Assembly (NCBI GenBank): GCA_036388395.1
Contig: DASVRY010000468.1
Span: 1-27,119 of the forward strand
From: Chthoniobacteraceae bacterium
GTDB taxonomy: Bacteria; Verrucomicrobiota; Verrucomicrobiia; Chthoniobacterales; Chthoniobacteraceae
DNA length: 27,119 bases
Reading direction: 5' to 3'
Made by a program: the position numbers and the translations under genes
Part shown: in pieces, positions 1-8,035 of the stretch
Layout of the letters: the number at the start of each line of letters is the position of its first letter
Numbering within the stretch: the first letter of the stretch is position 1
The notes under the pieces: model-generated
Database searches by the model: none
The model's input: the letters and a program-made list of their open reading frames with translations, nothing else
What the model was told of the DNA's origin: nothing

Positions 1-752
1 GTTACCTCGACGAGGCGCGCTTCGATCATCACCTGCTGGGTCGGACGATCGATCGTGGAGAGGAAGAGCGCGATCTTATCCATATTGGACTTCGCCTCGC
101 GGTAGAAAATGGTGTTCGTCCGAGGATCGATCTGCGGGGGAACGCCGCTCTGGAGCTGGGTCTGGAGCAATGGCATGATGTCTTTGGCCATCGCGTAGCT
201 GAGGGTGAAGCTCGCGCTTTCGGTCGGCTCTGCGGCCTTCTCTTCCTGCGTCTTCACGTACAGCACGCCGTCTTTCTCCACCATTATCAGCCCCTTGGAA
301 TCAACGATGATCCCGATCGCCTGCATAGGCGTCTTGTTTTCGATTCGCGCCGTGACCGTGCCTGCCGTGGTCGAGACCTTGTCTGTGACGATGATCGTCT
401 GGCCGGCCTGACGAGCGAGAGTGCGGAGCACGAGGCCGATTTCGTCACCCTGAAATTCGTTGAGGCGGGCCGCGGAAGGAGAAAGCGTGGGTGTCGTGAC
501 TGCCGGCGGAAGAGCGTCCGCCGGTGCCACCGTGGCATCCGGCACGGTCGAGGGCACCACCTGCTCTCCTGCTGTTGGTGGAAGCAGTGGAGGTTCGATC
601 GGAGCCGGGACCGAAGAAGGTCCAGGACGCACGATACTCGTCGCGTCCGTCGCAGGAGGGACGCCGCCTGGAGGCGCAATCGTCGGCTGCTGCGCAAATG
701 ATGTGGCGGCGATCAAGCTGAGCGCGCAGAGGGTGGGGTGGAGTTTGGCCAT
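1..752 (-). CDS. Type II/IV secretion system secretin (PilQ/GspD-like), N-terminal part; truncated by the left window edge
   Basis: Manual translation from ATG at 752 is open to the edge: signal peptide MAKLHPTLCALSLIAATSFAQQ, Pro-rich linker, N0-like EFQGDEIGLVLRTLARQAGQTIIV, N-domain FTLSYAMAKDIMPLL...IDPRTNTIF, then the secretin hallmark IDRPTQQVMIEARLVEV. Absent from the ORF track because the stop lies outside the window. Confidence 0.92.
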   Translation of the reverse strand, partial: MAKLHPTLCALSLIAATSFAQQPTIAPPGGVPPATDATSIVRPGPSSVPAPIEPPLLPPTAGEQVVPSTVPDATVAPADALPPAVTTPTLSPSAARLNEFQGDEIGLVLRTLARQAGQTIIVTDKVSTTAGTVTARIENKTPMQAIGIIVDSKGLIMVEKDGVLYVKTQEEKAAEPTESASFTLSYAMAKDIMPLLQTQLQSGVPPQIDPRTNTIFYREAKSNMDKIALFLSTIDRPTQQVMIEARLVEV

Positions 753-790
753 GATGTGGGCTGATGGGTTCTTGATTGTGCCTTTGGGAA

Positions 791-806
791 AGCACGATGC
801 CTGCCA
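791..806 (-). promoter_or_regulatory. Candidate sigma-54 (-24/-12) promoter for the secretin gene
   Basis: Minus strand TGGCAGGCATCGTGCT has the GG-N10-GC spacing and resembles TGGCAC-N5-TTGC; about 40 nt upstream of the ATG at 752. A second GG-N10-GC motif (TGGCTGCAGAAATGCA) lies at 820-835. Confidence 0.45.
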
Positions 807-985
807 CCGGGTCCGTAGATGCATTTCTGCAGCCAAAATCTCTCAACGCTGCGGATTACATGTCTCAGGAATGACGAAACGAGAATTTCAACGGGTGCGA
901 CTACTGATTTCGCTTAGTCGTTAGCCTGTATGGGCTCCGCCGAAGGTCTGCGCCCACTCTGTGGTCTTCGCGCTTGTGATGTGAC

Positions 986-1108
986 TTACTTGAGGCTGAA
1001 ACGCACGGGCACTTCCACTTCTGACGTGATCGGGACTCCGCCGACGCTGCCCGGGCTGAATCGCCACCGCTTGATCGCGTTCACTGCAGCGTCGTCCAGC
1101 CGTAGTCT
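986..1108 (-). pseudogene. Orphan C-terminal fragment of an energy-transducer TonB-family gene
   Basis: Minus frame reads RLRLDDAAVNAIKRWRFSPGSVGGVPITSEVEVPVRFSLK-stop (TAA at 986-988), matching the TonB C-terminal pattern LD.AA..A...W.F.P...G.P....V.VPV.F.L. The frame hits an upstream TAG near 1202 and has no start codon before the fragment. Confidence 0.7.
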
Positions 1109-1354
1109 TGCCTCGGCACCGCCGCGGCAAGACTCCGAATGTAGGGGGAGAAGCGCAGGGTCGAGTGCGCCGACGCCGGCACCGCGCTCGCAGACCCGCG
1201 ACTACGGGTTTGTCCCACTTTGATATTGGCCGAAGATCTACACCCAATCGATATCGACGGGCGGAGGCGGAGTACCTCTTGAGGCGCTGGGCAGCTTTCC
1301 CAGCGCCTTCTTTGCGTCGACAGCTCTTCGCCGCGCGGCACTCCCGCCATTGCT

Positions 1355-2014
1355 TTATTGGCCGATACTTTGGCAGGCGGCACTTATGAAGGCCGCTACA
1401 CGCGCTGCGTCTTTCCGCCGCGGCTCCGCTTCCACCCCGCTGGCCACGTCCACTGCAAACGGCCGAACACGCGCCACCGCCGCCCCGACATTCTCGGGCG
1501 TAAGCCCACCTGCGAGAATGATCTGCAGCCGTTCGTGTTGCCGCACAAACTCGGCGGCCAATTCCAGGTTCACGACTGCGCCGGTGCCGCCAAATTCCCC
1601 GGGGACATGGGCATCGAGCAAGACGTGCGGCGTGTAAAAATCCGCGCCACGTCCGATCTCTGCAGCGTCCTTGATCCGGAGCGCCTTGATGAACGGCCGC
1701 CCGAATTCAGCCACAGCCGCGCAATACTCCTCATCTTCATCTCCGTGAAGCTGGAGCAGGTCTATCGCAGAATGCGCCGAAATTCGTCGCGCTTCCTCCA
1801 GCGGCAGATTCACGAGCACAGCCACTCGTGAGATAAAAGGTGGCAGTTTCTCGATCCACGTCGCCTCCTGATCCAGATCGATGTAGCGCTTCGATTGCGG
1901 GAATAGATTAAAGCCCAGAGCGTCGGCCCCAAGCGCGATCGCGGTCTCGGCATCCTCGCGGTTAGTCACGCCGCAGATCTTCACCCGCGGCCGCTTTTGA
2001 AAGTGCCCGCTCAT
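1355..2014 (-). CDS. trpF: Phosphoribosylanthranilate isomerase
   Basis: VKICGVTN, GADALGFNL, LLQLHGDE, LLDAHVPGEFGGTG, ILAGGLTPENV, VDVASGVE motifs; 219 aa. Confidence 0.97.
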   Translation of the reverse strand: MSGHFQKRPRVKICGVTNREDAETAIALGADALGFNLFPQSKRYIDLDQEATWIEKLPPFISRVAVLVNLPLEEARRISAHSAIDLLQLHGDEDEEYCAAVAEFGRPFIKALRIKDAAEIGRGADFYTPHVLLDAHVPGEFGGTGAVVNLELAAEFVRQHERLQIILAGGLTPENVGAAVARVRPFAVDVASGVEAEPRRKDAARVAAFISAACQSIGQ

Positions 2015-2776
2015 CTAGTCTTCACCCGGTCGGCCGGCGGGGAAGAGCAGACTCGGCATCTCCTCGACGAGGCGTACGATCCCCTCGCCCCACTTCCGCT
2101 GAATCTCTTTCAAATGCGGGTCCCCTTCCTCGATTCGGCACCGGTAGCGGACCCGCAGCGAATCGCGCTCATAGGCAAAAACATCCAAGGGCGGGCCCAC
2201 GGAGACGTTGCTCTTCATCGTCGCCTCCATCGAAAGCACCCCGCATTTCACCGCCTGCAGGAGCTTCGTCTCATAGTCGAAGCCGCGGTCGAGAATCGGC
2301 TTTCCGTACTTCGACTCACCGATTTGCAGGAAGGGACTCTCGATGTTCGCCTGGAGCGAATTCCCCTGCGGGTAGACATAGTGAATCTCCGGCGGCTGCC
2401 CAGCGATCTGCCCGCCAACGATTAGGTTGATGTTAAAGCTGAAGCCGTCCGCCTCGAGCGCGGCACGATCCAGCCGCGACACCTCCCGCACTTTCGATCC
2501 GACATAGCGAGTAGTCTCGAAAAGCGTCGTGCGATTCAGCAGATGCGGATGATCGGGCTGTTGTTTGGCCAGCAAGGCATCCTGCTCGATCAGCGCGATG
2601 ACGGATTGCTTGACGGAGAGATTTCCCGACGTCATGAGGCAGATGACGCGTTCCCCCTCCTCCGTGTAGATGCGCATCTTCGGCCGGATATTGATGTTAT
2701 CGACACCGGCGCTGGTGCGGGAATCGGAGATGAAGACGAGCCCTTCACGGCAGAGCAGGCTGAGGCAGTAGGTCAT
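2015..2776 (-). CDS. Proteasome-type (Anbu-like) Ntn threonine protease
   Basis: N-terminus MTYCL...GLVFISDSRTSAGVD, plus SGNLS, YVYPQGN, QIGESKYGKPILDR and SNVSVGPPLD, all typical of Anbu/COG3484; Thr follows the initiator Met. Confidence 0.93.
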   Translation of the reverse strand: MTYCLSLLCREGLVFISDSRTSAGVDNINIRPKMRIYTEEGERVICLMTSGNLSVKQSVIALIEQDALLAKQQPDHPHLLNRTTLFETTRYVGSKVREVSRLDRAALEADGFSFNINLIVGGQIAGQPPEIHYVYPQGNSLQANIESPFLQIGESKYGKPILDRGFDYETKLLQAVKCGVLSMEATMKSNVSVGPPLDVFAYERDSLRVRYRCRIEEGDPHLKEIQRKWGEGIVRLVEEMPSLLFPAGRPGED

Positions 2777-2821
2777 GCAAAAAGGTGGGGAGCGGCAGAG
2801 GCTGCGCCGCTCGAGACAACG

Positions 2822-3235
2822 TTACGGCTGGTCGATCACCCGGCCCTCGACGCGCTTCAGCGAAGCATGGTGGGCGATGGTGTGATAGCGGCCGTCACTC
2901 GCCTTGAAGAAAGAACTCAGCGCCCAGCTAACGACACTCACAATCAACGCGCCAAAGAACGCCTGCCAAAAGCCGTCCACATGTGCGCCAGGCACAATGC
3001 TCCCGACGAACCAAAGCAGGAGGGCATTCACCACAAGGATGAAGAAGCCGAGGCTCACAAGAATGAAAGGCAGGCTCATGAGCAGCAGCACCGGGCGGAT
3101 GAAGGCGTTCACGATACCCAGCAGCAGCGATGCGCCGATCAGCGACCCAAGCGTGTCGAAACGGATGCCCGTGATCCAGGCAGCCGCAGCCACGGCAATC
3201 GTCGTCAGGAGCCAGCGCAGGAGGAAAGGTCGCAT
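2822..3235 (-). CDS. Phage-holin-family (YvlD-like, 4 TM) membrane protein
   Basis: From ATG 3235: MRPFLLRWLLTTIAVAAAAWI...LLLGIVNAFIRPVLLLMSLPFILVSLGFFILVVNALLL...VDGFWQAFFGALIVSVVS; 137 aa. Confidence 0.88.
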   Translation of the reverse strand: MRPFLLRWLLTTIAVAAAAWITGIRFDTLGSLIGASLLLGIVNAFIRPVLLLMSLPFILVSLGFFILVVNALLLWFVGSIVPGAHVDGFWQAFFGALIVSVVSWALSSFFKASDGRYHTIAHHASLKRVEGRVIDQP

Positions 3236-3372
3236 GCCCAAACGATAGCCACGGGTCGGGAGGCGTCGAGCCCCATGCACGAGAAGCCGTTCGCCGGAAG
3301 CGTGAGCTCCGTGCCGCACGTTATGCGACGCCACTCCTTGAACGCGGAGTTTCGTCTGTTAGCATCCACCGC

Positions 3373-4371
3373 GTGCGTCCCTTTCTGTTTCTGCTCCTCG
3401 CTTGCTGGCTCGCCAAAGGAGCTCACTTGCACGCGCAGCAAACCGCCCCCGTGGACGACGAGAAGAGGCGCCAGTTTCTGCGGGCGCGGGAGGAGATGCG
3501 CGCCTTGCCGCCGACCCCGAAGGCGGCCACTCCAGCGCCAAAGCCCAAGCCGAAGGCGCCACGTTCCACGCCTCGCCCGTCAACACCGACACCCGCCACT
3601 CCCAAGCCGGCCACGCCAACGCCCGCAACTCCTCCGCCCGCACCGCCCATAGTCGTCTCCACCCCGCGGCCGCAGCCGGAACCTCGAGCCACACCTGCGC
3701 CGGTTATCACCCGCCGGATCACACCACCACCGGTGACTCCACAACCAGCACCCCCGCGGGTCACACCAGCGCCCCGCGAAGATGCTCCGGTTCTCGTGGA
3801 GAAATCCGGCTTGGAAGAAGAGCGCGGCGCCCAGCCGGCGCCACCAGCGGGTTGGTGGACGCGTTGGAAGTATCTCTCCAAACCCTTGCGGGCTCAGATC
3901 GACAAGGCGCCTGTGCAAAAGCGCCGCTGGCGCTACATCGTTGTGCACAACAGCGGCACGCGACAAGGCAACGCCAAGGCCTTCGAATACTATCACCTCC
4001 GCGTCCGGAAAATGCCGAACGGCCTTGCCTACCATTTCGTGATCGGCAACGGCACCTCCAGCGGCGACGGCGAGATCGAACTCGGAAACCGCTGGCGCCG
4101 ACAGATCAACGGCGGCCATGTGCACAGTGATTATTTGAACAATATCGCCCTTGGCATCTGTTTTGTCGGCGACTTCAACCGCGATTCCCCGACTAAGCGT
4201 CAGCTCGAAGCGCTCGAGGAATTGATCCGCTACCTGCGGCGACGCGTCGGCCCGATCGACCGGAAGCAAGCCATCGTCAAAGCGCATCGCGAGATCAATC
4301 CGCCACGCTGGCCGACCGACTGTCCGGGCAACCGCTTTCCGTATCGTTGGTTGCATGGAAAATTCGACTAA
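3373..4371 (+). CDS. N-acetylmuramoyl-L-alanine amidase (Amidase_2/PGRP-like) with signal peptide and long Pro/Thr-rich linker
   Basis: WRYIVVHNSG, LAYHFVIGNG, GICFVGDF and HREI...TDCPG Zn-amidase motifs; hydrophobic N-terminus; PATP repeats. Confidence 0.9.
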   Translation: MRPFLFLLLACWLAKGAHLHAQQTAPVDDEKRRQFLRAREEMRALPPTPKAATPAPKPKPKAPRSTPRPSTPTPATPKPATPTPATPPPAPPIVVSTPRPQPEPRATPAPVITRRITPPPVTPQPAPPRVTPAPREDAPVLVEKSGLEEERGAQPAPPAGWWTRWKYLSKPLRAQIDKAPVQKRRWRYIVVHNSGTRQGNAKAFEYYHLRVRKMPNGLAYHFVIGNGTSSGDGEIELGNRWRRQINGGHVHSDYLNNIALGICFVGDFNRDSPTKRQLEALEELIRYLRRRVGPIDRKQAIVKAHREINPPRWPTDCPGNRFPYRWLHGKFD

Positions 4372-4392
4372 GCACCGCGGTGCTCTCGCCCG

Positions 4393-5271
4393 ATGACGAT
4401 TGGACTCACCGGCGTGACTGGCTTTCTCGGCCAGCAGCTGCTCGACGTGGCAATCCGCCGTGGCCACCAGGTAATAGGCTTTTCGCGGACACCTGAGCGC
4501 AAGATCAACGGGTGCGACGAGACGCGCCGCTTTTCTCTCGAGGAACCGCCCGACGTCACGGGCTGCGACGCGATCGTCCATCTCGCGGGCGAGCCGATCT
4601 TCGGTGTTTGGACCCCTGCGAAGAAGCGCCGCATAGTCGAGAGCCGGGTGCTCGGCACGCGGCGGATTGTCGAGGCCATTAACGCGGCAAGCGAACCGCC
4701 CGAGGTGCTGGTGAGCGGCTCGGCCATCGGCATCTACGGGGATGCTGGAGAGACGGAGCTGACGGAGAGCGCCCCGCGAGGTGAAGGCTTTCTGCCGGAA
4801 ACCACGTCGGCGTGGGAAGCTGAAGCAACTAATGTGCAGAAAGCGCGCTTGGTTCTGCTGCGCACCTCGATCGTTCTGGGAAAAGGCGCCGGCGCGCTCG
4901 GAGTGATGGCGCCAGCATTTCGTGCTGGTCTCGGTGGACGACTCGGGACCGGGCGCCAATGGATGTCCTGGATCCACCTCCGCGACTGGACGAAGCTGGC
5001 GCTCTTCGCCGTGGAGAATCTGGATCTACAAGGGCCGCTGAATGCCACCGCTCCCTGGCCAGTGCGGAACAGCGAGTTTACCAGGCACCTCGCCGCGACG
5101 CTGCGCCGGCCCGCCTTTCTTCCGGTGCCAGCATTCGCTTTAAGGCTGCTCGGCGACTTCTCACATGAGCTGCTCGATAGCAAACGCGTCGTCCCGGCAG
5201 CCGCCACAGAGCACGCCTTTGGCTTCGAATTCCCAGAACTTGCTCCGGCGCTAAAAGACCTGCTCGGTTAA
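4393..5271 (+). CDS. TIGR01777-family NAD-dependent epimerase/oxidoreductase (YfcH-like)
   Basis: IGLTGVTGFLG, IVHLAGEPI, SGSAIGIYG, GGRLGTGRQWMSWIH and PVRNSEFT...LRRPAFLPVPAFAL motifs. Confidence 0.93.
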   Translation: MTIGLTGVTGFLGQQLLDVAIRRGHQVIGFSRTPERKINGCDETRRFSLEEPPDVTGCDAIVHLAGEPIFGVWTPAKKRRIVESRVLGTRRIVEAINAASEPPEVLVSGSAIGIYGDAGETELTESAPRGEGFLPETTSAWEAEATNVQKARLVLLRTSIVLGKGAGALGVMAPAFRAGLGGRLGTGRQWMSWIHLRDWTKLALFAVENLDLQGPLNATAPWPVRNSEFTRHLAATLRRPAFLPVPAFALRLLGDFSHELLDSKRVVPAAATEHAFGFEFPELAPALKDLLG

Positions 5272-5352
5272 TGCGCCAATGATTAGGGAACAGTGACAGC
5301 CGCTCGGAGGATTTCCGTCAAATCACTAACTAACTAATCACGCAGCTCCCCA

Positions 5353-6237
5353 ATGCCTGCTCCACAGAACATCATCGCGATCGTCTACGACTACGATCAG
5401 ACACTCAGCCCTACCTATATGCAGGAGGAAGTGCTGTTTCCCGCATTTGGCATCGACTCCGGTCGTTTCTGGAAGCGGTGCCAGGAGCTGGTCAAGGAGC
5501 ACGGCTACGACAACGAGCTGGCGTATATGAAGGTAATGCTGGACTACCTTGGCATGGATCGCCCGACGAACGCGGAACTGCGGAAGTTAGGCGAGAAGAT
5601 GACCTTCTACAAAGGCCTTCCGGAAATGTTCGACGAATTCCACACGCAGCTTCTCACTCCCCAGCACGAAGCGCATGGTATCCGTGTCGAACACTATATC
5701 ATCTCGTCCGGGCTGAAGGTCCTCATCGAAGGCAGTCGTCTTGCACAGCATGTAAAAGCAATCTTTGGCTGTGAGTTTGCCGAAGACGAGCAAGGCCGGA
5801 TCGCGTTTCCGAAGCGCGTGATCAGTCACACGCAGAAGACGCAGTTTCTCTTCCGGATAAATAAGGGCCTGCTCGACATGACCGAAGATGTGAACGATCA
5901 CATGGCCGCCGATCTGCGCCCCGTGCCGTTCCCGCACATGATCTATATCGGCGACGGTCCGACCGATGTTCCCTGCTTCACCGTGATCCGGCAACACGGG
6001 GGACAGGCCATTGCCGTCTACAATCCCGAAGAGCCAAGCCGCGCGAGCTTCAAGAAATGCTTTCAGCTTTCCACGCACGCTGACCGTGTCCGCCATATCG
6101 CGCCAAGTGATTTCCGCGCGGGCAGTCATCTGCGCCTCCTGCTGGAGGAGATGGTCGAAGGCGTCGCAACGCGGATAGTCGAACGTCGCGCCCGCGACAT
6201 CGAAGCCGGCACCGTCCGGGCCCCGAAGCACGCGTAG
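5353..6237 (+). CDS. HAD-superfamily hydrolase
   Basis: Motif I IVYDYDQTL, motif II YIISSG, motif IV YIGDGPTDVPC; 294 aa. Confidence 0.88.
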   Translation: MPAPQNIIAIVYDYDQTLSPTYMQEEVLFPAFGIDSGRFWKRCQELVKEHGYDNELAYMKVMLDYLGMDRPTNAELRKLGEKMTFYKGLPEMFDEFHTQLLTPQHEAHGIRVEHYIISSGLKVLIEGSRLAQHVKAIFGCEFAEDEQGRIAFPKRVISHTQKTQFLFRINKGLLDMTEDVNDHMAADLRPVPFPHMIYIGDGPTDVPCFTVIRQHGGQAIAVYNPEEPSRASFKKCFQLSTHADRVRHIAPSDFRAGSHLRLLLEEMVEGVATRIVERRARDIEAGTVRAPKHA

Positions 6238-6281
6238 GTGGGCCGGGTGATTGGTGATCGGGAAAGCCTCCCAAGGAAGCT

Positions 6282-6340
6282 AAGTCATCCTGAGCGAAGC
6301 GGATGGAGCCTCAGCGACTGGAGCGCAGTCGAAGGAGCCC
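6282..6340. repeat. Dispersed palindromic repeat family A, copy 1 (GTCATCCTGAGCGAAGC... REP/MITE-like)
   Basis: aagtcatcctgagcgaagcggatggagcctcagcgactggagcgcagtcgaagga matches the reverse complement of 9317-9373 with about 6 substitutions over about 55 nt. Confidence 0.8.
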
Positions 6341-6402
6341 GGCGCTTCGTGGACCACCCCTCTCCTGACGGAAAGATCTCGCAGACCCGACCCTCGGAGA
6401 CA

Positions 6403-6431
6403 TTGCTTCTTCCGTCATTTGAAAGTAGCTT
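6403..6431 (+). promoter_or_regulatory. Candidate sigma-70 promoter of the vapBC-like pair (probably a leaderless transcript)
   Basis: TTGCTT (6403-6408), 17-nt spacer, TAGCTT (6426-6431), then 7 nt to ATG 6439; no Shine-Dalgarno sequence. Confidence 0.45.
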
Positions 6432-6438
6432 TCGCAGC

Positions 6439-6693
6439 ATGAGCACGATCACGGCAGTCCTCGAACCGCACGGGGACGGAACACTGCATCTGCCGCTGCC
6501 CGATCACTTGCTGACAGGGAAAGTCAAGATCGTCGCCACGCTCGAACGCGCCGAGGATAGCCACCGCGCTTTGGGAACCCCGTTGCAGGCGTTGAGAGAG
6601 TTGCGGAAACTCACCCCGTTCCACGGGATTTCCGATCCAATAGCCTGGCAGCGGAACGAGCGCGCGGAGCGACCGCTTTCAGAACGTCGCTAA
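6439..6693 (+). CDS. Putative type II antitoxin (84 aa)
   Basis: MSTITAVLEPHGDGTLHLPLP...KVKIVATLE...ISDPIAWQRNER; small gene 3 nt upstream of a PIN-domain gene. The longer ORF-track start (6238) runs through a repeat element. Confidence 0.7.
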   Translation: MSTITAVLEPHGDGTLHLPLPDHLLTGKVKIVATLERAEDSHRALGTPLQALRELRKLTPFHGISDPIAWQRNERAERPLSERR

Positions 6694-6696
6694 CTG

Positions 6697-7067
6697 ATGT
6701 TGCTGGATAGCAACATCCTCATCTACGGCGCCATGGCTGCGCATCCGGTGCTTGATGAGATTCTCGACCGCAGAGATCTGGCAGTCGCCAGCGTCACGCA
6801 AATTGAGACGTTAGGTTATCACCTTCTTTCCGCGATTGAACGAGGCTGGCTCGAAGCAGCATTTGCCCAGATGACGATTCTTCCACTGGCGGACGCTGTG
6901 TGGCCAAGGCAATCGAACTAAGGCAAAGCCGGCGAATCGCCCTTGCGGATGCAATCATCGCAGCAACGGCTCTACATCACGATCTGGTGCTGGTAACGCG
7001 CAACACTGCCGACTTCACTCAGCTTGACGGACTCAAGCTGCTGGACCCATTTCTGGATAACAGCTGA
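6697..7067 (+). pseudogene. vapC: VapC/PIN-domain toxin with a 1-nt frameshift near 6901
   Basis: Frame 1 gives MLLDSNILIY...SVTQIETLG...LPLADAV; the shifted frame continues AKAIELRQSRRIALADAIIAATALHHDLVLVTRNTADF...LDPFLDNS-stop (7065-7067). Restoring one base gives a 123-aa PIN protein. Confidence 0.88.
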
Positions 7068-7078
7068 CAGGAGGCGGT

Positions 7079-7921
7079 CTACGCTTTTGCCGCCAATCTG
7101 ATGCCATCCGGCTCCAGCAGCAGGCGGCGCTCGCGGAAAAGGACGCCTATGGTTTGCTTGAAGGACTTTTTGCTGATGCCGAAGGCGGCGCGGATCTCTT
7201 CGGGAGAACTGCCGTCGTGATACGGCAGGTGGCCGCCTGCTTGCTTTAGTGCGTCGATGATCTGCTCGGTCAACGGTGCAAGCCGGGTATGCCCGGTGCG
7301 GTCGAGGCCAAGGTCGATCTTCCCATCTGGACGCAGCGTGCGGATAAAGCCATCGAGTTGCTGTCCGATCGTAAGCGGCGTGGACAGCTCAGCACGGTAG
7401 AGGAGCCCGCGGTGGGCGTGATTGATGATCGCCCGCCATCCGAGCGGCGTCTCGCTTTCGACAATGAGCTTCACCGCTTGCCCGGCGGTGTAGTTTGCCG
7501 GGGTAAGATCGAGCCAGCGGTTCAGCCGCGCGCTGGCCACGATGCGATCAGAGCGTTCATCGATCGCGACGCGCACGAGCACCCAGTCGCCGATCCGCAA
7601 TGATCTGGCGTGCTCGCGCAGCGGCAAAAGGAGATCTTTCTCCAGACCCCAATCGAGGAACGACCCCGCGCTTGGGTGCCGGGTGACGACCCGCAGGTTT
7701 GCGAACTCGCCCACCACTGCGCGCGGCGTCTCGGTGGTGGCGACAAGCCGATCTTCGGAGTCGCGGTAGATGAAAACTTCGACCTGCTCACCAGCTTTGG
7801 CAGTTTTCGCGAGATAACGGCCGGGGAGAAGGATTTCACCGTGCGGACCTCCATCGAGGTAAAAGCCGGGCGCCGCCTGGCGAACGATTGGGAGCGATTG
7901 GCGTTGGCCGAGTAGTGCCAT
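7079..7921 (-). CDS. cvfB: CvfB/YitL-family S1 RNA-binding protein
   Basis: From ATG 7921: G.YLDGG..GEILLP, VFIYRDSEDRLVATT, FLDWGLEKDLLLP, and a C-terminal winged-helix SSPEEIRAAFGISKKSFKQTIG.L; 280 aa. Confidence 0.92.
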   Translation of the reverse strand: MALLGQRQSLPIVRQAAPGFYLDGGPHGEILLPGRYLAKTAKAGEQVEVFIYRDSEDRLVATTETPRAVVGEFANLRVVTRHPSAGSFLDWGLEKDLLLPLREHARSLRIGDWVLVRVAIDERSDRIVASARLNRWLDLTPANYTAGQAVKLIVESETPLGWRAIINHAHRGLLYRAELSTPLTIGQQLDGFIRTLRPDGKIDLGLDRTGHTRLAPLTEQIIDALKQAGGHLPYHDGSSPEEIRAAFGISKKSFKQTIGVLFRERRLLLEPDGIRLAAKA

Positions 7922-8035
7922 GGACCCGGTATTCTGCACGGGGCTGCACGCATGAGGAGGAAATTTCCGAGGCTCGTCTGCGCGAGCGCGGACTTGCACC
8001 GGACGCTCGCCCGGCGTACGGCTCACCCGCGCCCG

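Noticed and set aside
935-975. Resemblance of the minus strand (GACCACAGAGTGGGCGCAGACCTTCGG) to a c-di-GMP-I riboswitch upstream of the secretin
   Set aside because: It lacks the GNRA-capped stem and the conserved GAC/GCAAA core; the similarity is short and probably chance. A cmsearch against Rfam would settle it.
1282-1313. Hairpin aggcgctggg/cccagcgcct as the trpF terminator
   Set aside because: The T-rich tail is on the plus strand, opposite to trpF, and no plus-strand gene precedes it, so its function cannot be assigned.
921-1389. Track ORFs 921-1247, 930-1223, 1081-1383 and 1108-1389
   Set aside because: No protein-like features; the only meaningful coding signal here is the TonB remnant in a different minus frame.
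3500-3790. PATP/PAP repeats in the amidase
   Set aside because: Ordinary Pro-rich periplasmic linker, not a discrete repeat system.
2822-4371. Holin-family gene next to an amidase as a prophage lysis cassette
   Set aside because: The genes are divergent, the amidase has its own signal peptide, YvlD-type holin-family genes are common chromosomal genes, and there are no phage structural, integrase or replication genes.
6238-6438. N-terminal extension of the antitoxin ORF
   Set aside because: Translates a palindromic repeat element; a promoter-like motif lies just before ATG 6439.
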